Positions 1-13,293 of a stretch of DNA of 64,000 nucleotides are shown here, piece after piece (position 1 is the first letter of the stretch; the number at the start of each line of letters is the position of its first letter). Source of the stretch: Octopus sinensis (lineage: Eukaryota); assembly GCF_006345805.1 (NCBI RefSeq), contig NC_043013.1, positions 34,100,001 to 34,164,000 of the forward strand. Direction: 5' to 3'. A program made the position numbers and the translations under genes. The notes below the pieces were generated by a model, which saw only the letters and a list, made by a program, of their open reading frames with translations, ran no database searches and was not told the DNA's origin.

Positions 1-231
1 TGCAAAACTTTGAGTTAGTTAGCTCTTTGTTCCAACTTCCTGTCCATGACAAAAACTGCAGAGCGCAACATACATGTGATCACAAAAAAACCCCCAAATT
101 TCACAACTTGTGAAGTAAATACAGCGATGTCATGAAGGTCACTGCTAGCTCTCATTGCACATGCAACGGCGTGCTGTCATCTGTTGGTGTGCTACATAAC
201 TTGTCTGGGAACATTTTCATACCTCCTCATA
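1..231 (-). mobile_element. 5' end of a mariner (Tc1/mariner) DNA transposon, running off the window edge
   Basis: The minus strand starts with a mariner-like TIR (tatgaggaggtatgaaaatgttccc...). An ATG at 47 gives MDRKLEQRAN..KFC (frameshifted), which resembles a mariner transposase N-terminus. Confidence 0.65.
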
Positions 232-249
232 CATTATACTATTTAACAA

Positions 250-415
250 GACATTCGGAGAAGGCAAATCTTTGCCAAGGCAACACCAACATCCTCTCAA
301 CGATTAGCCAGAGAGGATTTTTTAAATGAGAATACCTGAAATAAACTCGACTGCTCTCACAAACTAGAAAACTAGAAATGAACGTGACTGCTCTCAAAAA
401 TTAAAAATTTTTACC
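250..415. mobile_element. Partial copy of the Helentron/HINE-like element at 10271
   Basis: Shares cattc.gaga..gc.aa.ct..gccaag and gaaataaact.gactgctct.acaaac with 10271-10420. Confidence 0.55.
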
Positions 416-556
416 AACCAAATACATTAAAAGGATATCGGCTAGCCTGGGGCTATGATAGAAGACACTTGCTGCACGGTCGAACTGAATCCATATCTGC
501 ATGGTTGCAAAGTGAACTTCGTAACCATCCAGTCCCACCTGTGTCTATAAACTGTT

Positions 557-925
557 GTGGCTGTGTGGTAAGTAGCTTGGTTACCAGCCACATGGTTTCA
601 GGTTCAGTCCCACTGCATGGCGTCTTGGGTGTGTGTCTTCTACTACAGCCTCAGGCTGACCAAATCCTTGTGAGTGGATTTGATGGAGGAAAACAGAAAG
701 AAGCATATGTGTTTGTATGTCTGTGTTTGTCCCCCACCATCACTTGACAACCGTTATTGGTGTGTTTAGATACTCGTAACTTAGCTGTTGGGCAAAAAGA
801 CCAATAGAATGAGTACTAGGCTTACAAAGAATAAGTCCTGGGGTTGAACTGTTCGACAAAAGGCGGTGCTCCAGCATGGCCACAGTCAAATGACTGAAAC
901 AAGTAAAAGAATAAAAGAATAAAAA
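557..925 (+). mobile_element. tRNA-derived SINE family A (most abundant family here)
   Basis: A-box-like gtggctgtgtggtaag, B-box-like ggttcagtcc, and tail ...cagtcaaatgactgaaacaagtaaaaga. More than 15 homologous copies occur in the window. A partial inverted copy lies at about 440-545. Confidence 0.85.
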
Positions 926-1032
926 GTCAAATATAAAATGTTCCGAATGTCAGAAAGTCAAATTACTTCAAAATTATAAATCCCTCACTGAAGTATGTAT
1001 GTGCATATGTGTATGTATGTGTGCACGCGCGT

Positions 1033-1082
<50 letters not shown>

Positions 1083-1515
1083 GTATATAGCAATAAAAAA
1101 AGAATATGATTGACATGTCCCACTTTAAGTTGTTCTAAACTACATAAACAAAAACCCATGGGTGATTTTAACCAATTGTTAACAATATCTGCATCTGCTT
1201 AAACTTATACAAACACACACAAGCATATTCACATGAGCATACATGCTTACCGATGTTAGTCCACGTTTGTAAGAAGTGGAATGTGTCATAAAGAATTGAA
1301 TTATTCAATGCATGGCATCAGATTATGACATATTTCGTAGATATTTATATAGTGCTTGCATATTTTTAGTTATTTCTTAAAAAAACAAAAAAATGGTATT
1401 GGTGTTTAGTCTCTAACCATCACCAGACTACAAGATTTTATCTAATAAATCTATGCATACATTGGTGTATATAAATGCATATGACTATATGTCATATATA
1501 TATATATATATTATA

Positions 1516-1630
1516 TCGTCCTGTACTCTACTTTTTCGTTGTTTAAGAAAAATGTCCATTTCCTTGGTTTTGTGTTTATGTTTTCGTTTCTCATTGTGTT
1601 CGACGTTTTTTTGGTGTCCTGTACCCATAT
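1516..1630 (+). repeat. Short interspersed repeat (family F, cctgtac...cctgtac) in a TA tract, homologous to 7045-7165
   Basis: cctgtactctactttttcgttg...gttttcgtttctc...gtcctgtac matches the reverse complement of 7045-7165. Confidence 0.6.
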
Positions 1631-1789
1631 ATGCATGTATATATACATGTAGATGTAGGTACGTACATATATGTGGGTATATATGCATATGTTTTAGTTA
1701 TTAATTTGATATTATATGAATATATGTGTGTGTATACATATATATATATATATACATACATACACACATACATGTCAATATATTTGTGG

Positions 1790-1820
<31 letters not shown>

Positions 1821-2687
1821 TATATACATATATATATACATACATGCACACATATATATCTATAATTAAGTAAATATATTTGTATATATATATATACATA
1901 TATATACATACACACATTTCTATAAGTGTGTATATATATTTGTGTGTATATATATATATATATACATATCTGTAAATGTGTATATATATATTTATATGTA
2001 CATATATATATATGTATGCATGAAGTACCTGTGTGCGCTTTGTATGCTTTCTCCAGTAGGATTTTAGGGTTTTCTATACTACAGTATTCAGTGAATATTG
2101 CACACCAGAACCAAAGAGTCAATGACAGATGTATCAAATGATTTCTTCCTGCTTGAGTCACATTCATATGGTCAAAATTTCACAGACTGACAAATGACAA
2201 AATCAAGCCAGCCTACCTTGTTCTGTCTATATAAAAGATTGCCGTGACATAAGATAATCAACCTTGAGGGACTGATGTCATATATAAATATTTAATATAA
2301 TAAAATGCCCAGTATGTCTGTATTGGCATTCATTGTTTGCAGGTAAAACTCTGACACAATGGACCACGATGTTATAGTGGCAAGGGCAGATCATTCTTTC
2401 AAGTAAGAATATTCTATACATGAATAAGTAATGTAATACTACAGATAAAAAGAATTTAGATAAATGCTTTTATTCAATCTTTTTTTACATAAACTGGAAA
2501 TTTTTTTAGCATTCAAAAAAAGAACAGGCAAATCTCATGGGTTGGGGGCAGGAACATGGAAATGTCCAAATTTTATATCATGAAAGAAATAAAGAAATTT
2601 TCTTGCAAAATGTGTGAAGAAATCAGAATACCCAAGCATTGAAATGGCTAATATTTTTAGGGTTTTTTTGTGTCATGGGTATATTAG

Positions 2688-2735
<48 letters not shown>

Positions 2736-3227
2736 AATATATATATATACATGCATATATATACATATATATAGTGACGTATATTTGCCATTTGAATATG
2801 GCTAACCCCTAAGGGTGGATGCTACTGTAGTTTTATATATATATATATAATATATATATATATATATTATTATATATATCTATAATTAAGTAAATATATT
2901 TGTATATATATATATATTATATATATATATATGAATACATGTGTACATATATAATTATTTATATATCCATATATATACGTGCATGTCTATGTGTGTGTGC
3001 ATGTATATATATATGTATAGATACTGAATTATTTACATTGTGTATGTGTCTATGCATGCATATATACAAGCAATATATTATATTATATATATCTATATAT
3101 ATATATATAATATTATTTATTCCTTCAATATAAAACAACAACAAAAATAAGAAACTTATGTGCTCAGTGCACCTTTGTGTTGAAGAAAGTTCTGACATAT
3201 GATGGGCACATGTAAGGTAAATAAGGT

Positions 3228-3375
3228 TATATGTCAAGACCTAAAAGTTTCATGCAATTTATCTTAGGACTGACTAACTCATCAGTGGATTGAAAGGAAA
3301 TTTCTTTTCAATATGATGATGAGTACAGCTGGCCATAATGTTGATTGCATGAAACCTTTAGGTTTGGATAAGTAA
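3228..3375. mobile_element. Degenerate hammerhead-bearing palindrome (PLE inverted pLTR-like)
   Basis: Arms meet near 3300. Minus arm has CTGATGA (3279-3285) and GAAAC (3247-3251). Plus arm has aTGATGA (3316-3322) and GAAAC (3351-3355). Confidence 0.65.
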
Positions 3376-3584
3376 TCCAGTTAAAATTCTACATAACACA
3401 TATGTATATGCATGAACAAACACAAAATACACATAAACCAGATATGTGTGTATATTTATATATACACACACATGATTATATATGTGTCTGGGGATAGGTT
3501 GTGTGTAAACTTTTACAAAATGAGATACCTTGTATACTTAATCTGATTGGCAACACATTTCTGTATAAAGACACCTATATGTAG

Positions 3585-3632
3585 TTATATATATACGTAT
3601 ATATATATATGTATATATAATATATACGTATG

Positions 3633-3663
<31 letters not shown>

Positions 3664-3664
3664 G

Positions 3665-3719
<55 letters not shown>

Positions 3720-3870
3720 GTATATATATGTATGTATATATATATATATATTATATATATATATGTGTATATATATATATGTATATATATATGTATATAT
3801 ATGTATATATGTATATATATATGTATATATATGTATATATGTATATATATGTATATATATATATATATAT
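3585..3870. repeat. (TA)n/(TATG) compound microsatellite
   Basis: Directly visible, and one of many such tracts. Confidence 0.95.
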
Positions 3871-4107
3871 AAGTTCTAGACACTGAATTACTAAACTTAC
3901 ATTGCTACATACATTTAGATATATAGATACATATATATCAATCTATATACATGTATATGTAAACAACATTATATATACTTACATATGAATATATATATAT
4001 AACATATACAAAAATCTCAAAATGGACATACATATACACATCCACGTATATTCACACACATTCATATATATGCATATATATATGAATGCAAATATCAATA
4101 TTATTAT

Positions 4108-4480
4108 CATCATTTAGTGTCTTCTTTCTATGCTAGCATGGGTTGGACTGTTTCATAGAAGCTGGCAACGTGGAAGACTGCATCAAACTCTGCTGTCTTC
4201 TTTGGCACGGTTTCTATGGCTAGATGCACTTCCTAATGCCGACCATTTTACAGAATACATGGGTGTTCTTAATGTGGCACCAGCAATTATGAGGTCACCA
4301 AGTTACTTGCAAGCCAAGACTACTCAACTGTGGATTGATTAGTATTGAGGGAGGTGGTTTTTGTGCCAGATGTTGAGAGGTTAGAGTGGGAATAAAGAGA
4401 CAGAAATAGGTGCCTTGCAGTGGTGGAGATACATGGTTACTTTATATGGAAAGAGAGAAGATTGTGAAGATGTGATGGCG
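4108..4480 (-). mobile_element. Family E retroposon (…ccaacccatgctagcatggaaa…(gat)n tail)
   Basis: Homologous to 28455-28852, 19460-19780, 35785-36060, 60245-60385 and 61100-61300. Confidence 0.7.
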
Positions 4481-4634
4481 AAGGAAGATGATGAATATAT
4501 GTATGTATGTTTGTATGTATGCATGTGTGTATTTATGTATGTATTCATGTAAGCAATGTATGTATTTACGTATGTTTATATGTATGTATGTTTGTATGTA
4601 TGTATTTATGTATGTATGTATTTATGTATGTGTT

Positions 4635-5150
4635 AAATTTTTTTCAATAAATATAAATCTCCCACTGAGGAAGGTGCTAGTTCCCATCAAAGATACAAGG
4701 CTCTATCTTTGGGATGTAGTTAACACAGACAAATTCACATTTGGAACTTGAGAAAAGTCTTGCATATTTTTACTGTTCCACTTACAGATTGCACTTGTAA
4801 TGTACGAATCAGCCGGTCGGTTTCTCTTTTTGAAAATCTCAGTTTACCCAGATTCTTCTTCAAGCATCTACTAACCAAACCTAGTGCTCCAATTATTATT
4901 CGTATGAATATGAATTCATAGTCTGGATATAGAAGCTGGAGGTTTCGAAGCAGTTGTCCATAGATATCATCTTTTTCATTGATTTTTAAAGAGAGATTTA
5001 TATCTGCAGGGCATATGATGGTATACACCTTTGCTCCTCTGTTCCAAATAACAATATCCGGCCTGTTATGTTTATATTTGACAGAAGTTTTACAGTATTC
5101 CTTGTATTTATGTATGTATGTATAATCTTTTGAAAACTGGTGTTATATGT
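4635..5150 (-). mobile_element. 5'-truncated R4/Dong-clade (RLE-type) LINE: endonuclease C-terminus plus 3' UTR
   Basis: Minus-strand translation KYKHNRPDIVIWNR...CPADINL..KINEKDDIYGQL...IIIGALG...SGTVKICKTFLKFQM* carries the PD motif and IIIGALG of a restriction-like endonuclease. It ends in a (CATA)n tract. Confidence 0.8.
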
Positions 5151-6020
5151 GGGATACATCAAATTTCATGCTTAGACTGTCAGTAAACAAATAGGCTTGA
5201 ATAGTGCACTATGTACAACTTGGTAATCGTTCAGTCTCAAATGACATGGATATTCCATGGAGATATATGAGAAAGAAAAATAAGTGAATAGGAAGAAATG
5301 CTTTAAAATAAAGTAGGGAAAATTTACATTGATTTAACCTGTTAAAAGAAGAATATTGTTAACATTTTGTGTCTTGATATCTAGAAATGCATACCTTCTG
5401 GAGGTATCAAATCAGAGAATGGTAAAGTGCATGAAACTGTATGTAATCTGGGAGAGGGGTAAGTTCCAGTTTGATAACAGAAACGTGTGAAATATACATC
5501 TTGTTTAGACGATTGATACAGTTCATCACATTCCTCTGAAGGCACCATCTGTCTACATCGAATCCCAAAAATTTATACGAGATGTGTACATCTCAATAAG
5601 TTTATGTTGTCAAACAGGAGGACACACCACACCACCAGATTAGACTTACACTTAATGCACACTTGATGCCTTTCCTCCACCACCACTAGACATAGATTTT
5701 AGATGTAATAATAACTCAAGAGTAACATTATTCTTTTTTAAAGACTTAAAAAGATATAATACCTATCACCCTTTCCTTTAAAACCTTTCTTAATTTTTTT
5801 CTTGTTTTCTTACATTTCCTCATTAAGTAGCAATGTAATTTGAGCCTGAAGGGATGCTGAATCATTTATGATAAGTTATACAAGCCAGATAGATTACTGT
5901 ATAATATGAGAATAAAATTAAAAATAGTTCATGTATAACTCCTTTATTTTTTAAATTCTATTTATCTCTCATCACTGAACTGGGTATTTTTTTTGTTGAT
6001 CCTATCAAAACGCAAACTGT

Positions 6021-6088
<68 letters not shown>

Positions 6089-6367
6089 TACACACCAACA
6101 CACATATATATACGTATATACTCCTATATATATGAGTTGAAAAATGTATAATTTATATATCTATATGTATATATCTATATATTTGTATGCATATTTGTAT
6201 AATTATATAGGCACACTGGATTTAGCACTAGCAAAAGTAAATTGCCTCGTGATTAAGATAGCTATAATTTTTTTATTCTTAATTGAAATGAATAAAATAC
6301 TGAAGAGCGATAAAAAAAATAGAGAAACTCTGACAATGCTTATACACAATTACATGAGTATCAGCTA

Positions 6368-6379
6368 ATACTACTACTG

Positions 6380-6428
<49 letters not shown>

Positions 6429-6445
6429 AGGGCAATGCTGCTGCT
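6368..6445. repeat. (CTA)n-(CTG)n trinucleotide repeat
   Basis: Directly visible. Confidence 0.9.
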
Positions 6446-6820
6446 TAGAACTACAACTAACAACATCAATAATTACCATTATTATTGTTGTAAAAATAAT
6501 ACCATCAATAATAATAATAATAATAGTTACAAAAATATCGAGTATGATGAGCATAACATAACAAAAACAACAACGAGCACAGAAAATTAAGGGAGCTGGA
6601 GAGAGGAAAGACGAAATGAGGAAAAGTGATGGGGTGACAAATGAGAGCAGCATGTATATTTTGAATTATTTATCTAACTTTGTTAATTTCTCTCAGATAG
6701 TGAAGTGATTGGAGAGGAAATGTATGCAAACGCATATTAAAAATTACATTCACACAAACACACAGCAAAAATATAAACAAGTGTGTGTGTGTCGCTCTCT
6801 CTCTCTCCCCATGTAATATA

Positions 6821-6875
<55 letters not shown>

Positions 6876-7044
6876 CTATAAATACAAATACAAAAACTTA
6901 CTTGGAGAACAGAAAAGAACGAAACGACGCGAGGGCGCTCAGTCATGCAATAAATTAATAAATAAAATATATGCATACATACATACATATATGTACGTAC
7001 CTACATCTACATGTATATATACATGCATATATAGACATATATAT

Positions 7045-7222
7045 GTGAGTACAGGACGCCACAAATAGACGTAGAACTTAACGAGAAACGAAAACGTAAA
7101 AACAAACATGGAAACGGACTTTTTTTAACAACGAAAAAACAGAGTACAAGACAAACAATACAAGGAAAATTCCCCTTCATCAGCTGTCCCTAGTTAGACT
7201 CCATGCGTGTTTCGAAGGAGGC
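7045..7222 (-). repeat. Family F repeat with a cGAAAC...CTGATGA motif pair, possibly a PLE terminal sequence
   Basis: Homologous to 1516-1630. The minus strand reads ccttcGAAACacgcatggagtctaactagggacagCTGATGAagggg. Confidence 0.5.
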
Positions 7223-7224
7223 TG

Positions 7225-8040
7225 CACTAGGCTGCCAGATCAGACTGCCTACCAGCATCATCAAGTGAGATTGTATTGCCATGTGGTGCGTCTTTGTTTT
7301 GCAGTGCTTCTGCCCTTTGCGTCGAGTTTTGCAATAATTGAAACAAAGAAACAGGGTGCTTCTGTGAAATTCTGTTTTCTGCTGGGGGAAATTGGCGGCC
7401 AGAACAGTTGCCATGCTTCAAACAGCTACCAAGGACATTGCCATGCAGAAAGCACAAGTTTATGAGTAGTCCATGCTTTAAGAATGTTCACTTGACGCTT
7501 GGAGACTAACCTTGCTCAGGACGAACGTCGACATCCTGAACGAATGAAAACATCAAGAAAATTCATGAACTGATCTTAGAAGACCATCACCAAACAATTG
7601 ACAAACTTGTTGATATGACAGCTGTGTCCTGGAGCTCCTGCCAATGAACTCTGAGTGAGGAACTGCGAAGGAAAATAGTTGCAGCAAAATTTGTGCCCCG
7701 CTTGCTCACAGAAGATCAAAACTAGTCATGAGTGAATGCACGTCGTGACCTGAAAGAAAATTTGGAAGATGATCCAGACCTTTTGTCGCAGGTCATCACT
7801 AGTGACAAAAGTTGATGCTATGGAATTTGCAGATGTTGAAGAGGTGAAAAAAAGCAAAGCGCTGGAGGTGTTGAAAAGCATCACTTTGCAAAAGTTCCAG
7901 CACTGTTTCAAATAGTGGAAAACATGCCTAACCATTGCATTGTTTCAAATGGAGACTACTTTGAAGGTGATACAAGTGTAAACATGTGAAAATAAGTGAA
8001 TAAAATAATATTGCAAAATTCCGGGTTCTCTTGGGAACCC
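7225..8040 (+). mobile_element. Internally deleted, pseudogenised mariner transposon
   Basis: Broken translation ASVKFCFLLG...SGRTSTS...VAAKFVPRLLTEDQ...LSQVITSDKS*CYG is joined at about 7824 to FADVEEVK...FQHCF...SNGDYFEGD. WVP(H/R)xL-like and GDYFE motifs are present and the catalytic middle is missing. Confidence 0.85.
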
Positions 8041-8099
8041 CACCCCATATATCTTTATATATATACATAAAATGTACATATATATATTATACATATGTG

Positions 8100-8158
<59 letters not shown>

Positions 8159-8177
8159 TATATATCCATATATGTAT

Positions 8178-8389
8178 ATTCTTTTATTCTTATACTGGTT
8201 TCCGTCATTTGACTGTGGCCATGCTGGAGCACCACCTTAAGTCAACTGAATCGGCCCCAGGACATTCTTTTTAAGCCTAGTACTTATTCTATCGGTTTCT
8301 TTCACCAAACCACTATGTTACAGGGACGTAAACACACCAACATCGGTTGTCAAGGGATGAAGGGGGGACAAACAAACATACAAGCATGC

Positions 8390-8436
<47 letters not shown>

Positions 8437-8543
8437 TACGATGGGCTTCTTTCAGTTTCCGCCTACCAAATCAACTCACAAGGCTTTGGTCAGCCCGAGG
8501 CTATAGTAGAACCCGGAACCATGTGGTTGGTAACAACACACCA

Positions 8544-8545
<2 letters not shown>
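8178..8545 (-). mobile_element. SINE family A
   Basis: Reverse-complement homology to 557-925, with an internal (TA)n. Confidence 0.85.
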
Positions 8546-8584
<39 letters not shown>

Positions 8585-8589
8585 ATAAA

Positions 8590-8993
8590 TATTAGGGAAT
8601 AAATCCAAATTTACAGGGAAAAAAATCAGATTTAGGATTAAATCCAATTTTATAGTAAAATATTATAAAATATTATTAGAGACAAAACCACTATTTTGCA
8701 AAACAAACAAGGAAAGACTTAATCAATACATAAAATTTAATAATAATAGTCAAAAAAACCGCCACTACAATCGTTTCTTGTCTTGATCGACAATCTTCAG
8801 GTGGACTTCCAATAAGTCAGTTTCAAATTATGAGAAACTGACTTATTGGAAGTCCACCTGAAGATTGTCGATCAAGACAAGAAACGATTGTAGTGGCGGT
8901 TTTTTTGACTATTTATTAAAATTTTATGTATTGATTAAGTCTTTCCTTGTTTGTTTTGCAAAATAGTGGTTTTGTCTCTAATAATATTTTATA
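8590..8993. mobile_element. Near-perfect palindrome with about 160-bp arms (8664-8824 / 8834-8993) plus a left-arm tail; PLE inverted pLTR-like
   Basis: Arms are reverse complements apart from a small AT-patch difference, with a 9-nt spacer. (TA)n flanks both sides. Confidence 0.85.
8854..8896 (+). ncRNA. Minimal type-I hammerhead ribozyme motif (mirror copy on the minus strand at 8762-8804)
   Basis: ccac CTGAAGA ttgtc-gatcaa-gacaa GAAAC gatt GTA gtgg: stem I ccac/gtgg, stem II ttgtc/gacaa, intact core and GUA cleavage triplet. Confidence 0.8.
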
Positions 8994-9660
8994 TATATAT
9001 ATATATATATATACAGCTACTCCTTATATATATATATACATACATACATACATACAAATATACATACATTCATAGGTACATATGTATGTATGCATACATA
9101 TATATTCATATACATATATATAATACTTACATTCGTATATTCATACATACTCATATTTATCTTAACTCTAAATGTATTTAAGCAAAAGTTCCTCTAATAT
9201 TTGGAGACATATGCTTATGGAGAAATCCACATAATAGCCTTAGTAAAGAACTTCATAAACGTAGGATGATGTTTATTAATTTTGGCAGAAAATAATAACA
9301 TCTTGCTCAACACATCCATTACACAATTTTGAATTACGCAGAAATACACATGCACAAACACATAAATACAAGCACACACCTACATTCACACATGCATACA
9401 CACAGCTCTTCGCATAATTAATTAGGATGTCACTTGACAGCAATCACTGCACGAAATATTTCGTTATCTTTTACAAATCTGTAACATATTAATCACTTTA
9501 TATGCTCTAGTACAGCTATTGAGTACGCAATCATCCTTGTTTTATATTGTCCTACAATAATCTTTTATGTGTCTATATGTATGTGACTGTGTCTTATCTG
9601 TATTCTTGTATATATATCAGCACACACATTGTGTATATGTGTGTGTGCGTGTGTTTATAT

Positions 9661-9956
9661 ATTCTGTAAATAATAATAGCAATTATAAGCTTAAAGCTTA
9701 TAAGCAATCACCATATATTGGCTTAAAAAAATAGTCTAATATTGGAACATATAAACTTTCGATAGAAAACAGTGGGTTTTGTGTACGCATGGGAATCGAA
9801 CCCAAAACTCATACATTTGTGTACACAAAACCCATATACAAAACTCACTTTCTTTCTATTAAATGCTTATATACTCAATATTAGACTATTATCTTCAGTC
9901 AATACACAGCAATTGCGAATATGCTTTAAGTTTTTAATTGCTATTATTTAGAGAAT
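9661..9956. mobile_element. Degenerate foldback/MITE-like inverted repeat
   Basis: aataatagcaatta...atagtctaatattg...gggttttgtgtac is mirrored by gtacacaaaaccc...caatattagactat...taattgctattatt. Confidence 0.6.
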
Positions 9957-9996
9957 TGTCATTTGTCTCTGTTTCTCCATTTAATACAGAAGATGC

Positions 9997-10028
<32 letters not shown>

Positions 10029-10270
10029 ATTTATATACACGCACACATATATATCACCGTATCACTGCATCAACCAGGTTATTGGATGCTGTTGCTATGC
10101 ACGACTGATCAAAATGCTTTTTCTTCCAATGGTTTAACTCCCAAACAATGGTACACTGCTAGTTAGGTAGCTAGGCTTATATATCAAATGGTGTGAGAAG
10201 TGTGAGAACTCATTATACATATGCTTACGCACAAATTGCTACTCAAATGCAGAGCAGAAAATGAAATTAA

Positions 10271-10627
10271 ACTAGAGCATTCAGAGAGCGAAAGCCTCCG
10301 CCAAGAAAATACTAAAGTCTTGTTGACGAATAACCACTATAATTTTTAAAATGATAATATATGAAATAAACTTGACTGCTCTAACAAACGAGAATACTAA
10401 AAATGAACCCGGCAAAAAAATTAAGTTAAAAAACGGGAAAATAATCCAGAAAACTTATCCGGTAATAGATCGATCCCAAAATCTAATCAGTTCGTGCCAG
10501 TCATGAGGCCAAACATCTCTGAAAGTTTCATTTGAATCCATCTAGAGGTTCTTGAGATAACTTGTCCACAGACAAACAAACACAACTGAAAACAATACCT
10601 CCGCCTTAGAGAAGGCGGAGGTAATAA
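10271..10627. mobile_element. Non-autonomous Helentron/HINE (DINE-1-like) element
   Basis: Terminal 12-bp hairpin tacctccgcctt-agag-aaggcggaggta (10596-10623), the cctccgcc motif repeated near the other end (about 10295), an internal acagacaaacaaac simple repeat, and A/T-run flanks. Confidence 0.65.
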
Positions 10628-12836
10628 ATGATAAACGAACAGAAAATTATGCAATAAAGTTTCTTGTATATTCCGTTTTTTGTCTCTATCATTTGTTGTA
10701 TACTCAACGAACGCTGAGCAATTCCTGGGGTAGATCCAATGACAATTGTGTAAATATTGTGAATTATGTCAGGTAGTCATAGGCAGTGAACGTGCATTAT
10801 CAGGTAGTATGTTTAAATAATTACTAATAAACACACACATATATCTCACACTGTTTTCTTTCTTTCCTCTCCCTCTATAATCCTCTATAATTTCCATTTA
10901 TACCCCCCTTCTTTGCTGTCCTCTTTCTCCCACTCCCTACTACCTTTCGTTTCTTCTCTCTTCTCCTCACTCCCTTTCTTTCTTTCTTTCTCTCATCCTC
11001 TCTCTTTTCCCCATTCCTCTCTGCCTGTTGTTCACACGTGTCTACGGACCATTTCTCTCGCCCCTGTCTTTTCTGGACAAGACATCCACCAGGCTGGACG
11101 TCATTTCTCTTGCCTCCCGACATTTTTTCTCTTCTATTATTTTCTTCTCTTCTCTTCTATTTCCTTTAAGACTTTCTCCCAGGCGTCACCCATTACAGTT
11201 CGTCTTGGCTTAACAGCACTTAATGCTTGTCTTCATCGATTTTGTACGACTTTGTACGTCCACTCTGTTGCTGTTTGTTTGTTCGAAGCCTTAACTGTCC
11301 ACAAATTTTATATTTTCAAAATTTCTGGATTCTGCTGTCTTATGACATTTTCCTATCTTGTCATTAAAAGCACGAAATAGGGAGTAGTAAAACAGCCGGT
11401 AACCGACGAGCGAGGCTTTTTGTTTTTGAATTTTATCCTGTACTGACCTCTCGAGTCGTGTCTTCACGTATTTTTCACTCGCTGGTGATGTCTTGTACAT
11501 GTGTATTATATATATATATATATATTGTGTATGTATGTACGTACGTATGTATGTATGTATGTATATAAGCATATATACAAATATGTATACATATAACTGA
11601 TAGATAATTGGTTAGGAACCTTGCCTCAAATACTATCCAACAATCTACCATCCTGTTTGGTTTTATATAATCAAGAATGTACTATTGTGCAATTCATGTT
11701 GACACCATTGAATTATGGTCTCATAGGTTCAACTTAAATTCTCTTATTCTACAACTATACAGATCGAATCATTTTATCAAAGGCTAGGTTAAAATTCCGG
11801 GTCTGAATGGCATTTAAGAAAAACTGAAAGCAGATGAGATAGTTGTATGGCTTTGGGTATATATATATATGTTGCAATGCACCAATAAATGTATATCGTT
11901 GTTATTATGTTAAACTGTCGTATGTCCAAACACGGTCAAATGCGTTTGATTCAGTATTTAATTTTGTTTGCAATAGCCGGTTCTTTGGGGCAAACTATCG
12001 TATCTCCTGCTGCTTGAGCTGCCAAGATATCAAAAATTGTCAAAGTGTAGTACAACGGTTTTGCTGTGGAATGGTGAAACAATTTTTTGTTTGTTTTTGA
12101 AAAAAAAAACACAATGATTTGGACTTACGACACTTTTGCATAATAGCAACTATATATATCATTTTTGTTTTGTGTTAGTCAGAGGGCTGCAACCAAGCTC
12201 GGTCATCACGTTGAATTACTCAGTTGAAAAAATATACCTTAATACTGAATTTTTAAATTCTGGTATTTATTTTATCCATCTTATTTGCTAATCCACAAGG
12301 ACATGAACAAACCGAACCTGGCTGTCAAGTAGAGAAGTGGGCACAAAAATCACACACATATACATATACGAAGAGCTTCTATGCAGTTTCCAAATATCGA
12401 ATTAATTTACAAGGTGCTATGCAGTGAGATTGAACCTGAAACGATATGATTGGAGAGTGAGCTTCTTAACTACACACCTATACCACATATGCATATATAT
12501 ATATGTATATGCATATTATATGCATATGCATGTATACACATACATGCATACACATACATGCACACATATATATATGCTTGCTTAGGCTTGTATCTCTCTC
12601 TCTTTCTTTATTTATATAAATGTATATATTAATATTCATATATATATATATATATAGCAATTGCAATTTCTTCAACAATTTTTCGAAGATTGTTCAGTAA
12701 GTGTGAAACTGTAATAAGTGGAGAATCCTTTAGCAAGCTAAGTGGAAATATTTTTATGTGGCAAGATGCACCCTCCCAACACCAATAGTAATCTCACTTT
12801 CTCACAAATACTCACACATACTTACAAACACACATA

Positions 12837-12839
<3 letters not shown>

Positions 12840-12869
<30 letters not shown>

Positions 12870-13105
12870 TTGCAAAATTACTTGCACAAACATATGGTGT
12901 AAAATATAAAGATTTTGAATTTTTGTGTGTGCTTATAGACTTGCAAAGAATCACATACAGCTATAGCTGTATTATATTATACGCACATAGGACACACACA
13001 TGCACACATATCTATGTAGGCCAGCGTGGAACATGAACGTTAAATGATGATGACAATGATGATGAGGATGATGTGAACATACATACACATATATATACTC
13101 ATATA

Positions 13106-13144
<39 letters not shown>

Positions 13145-13259
13145 TTGTTACGTTTGTAAATAAGGTATACATATGCATACAGTTATTCATATGAATGAAT
13201 GTATATACATACATGTGTGTGTATATGTGTAATTGTAGATATGTATACATGCACACACA

Positions 13260-13293
<34 letters not shown>

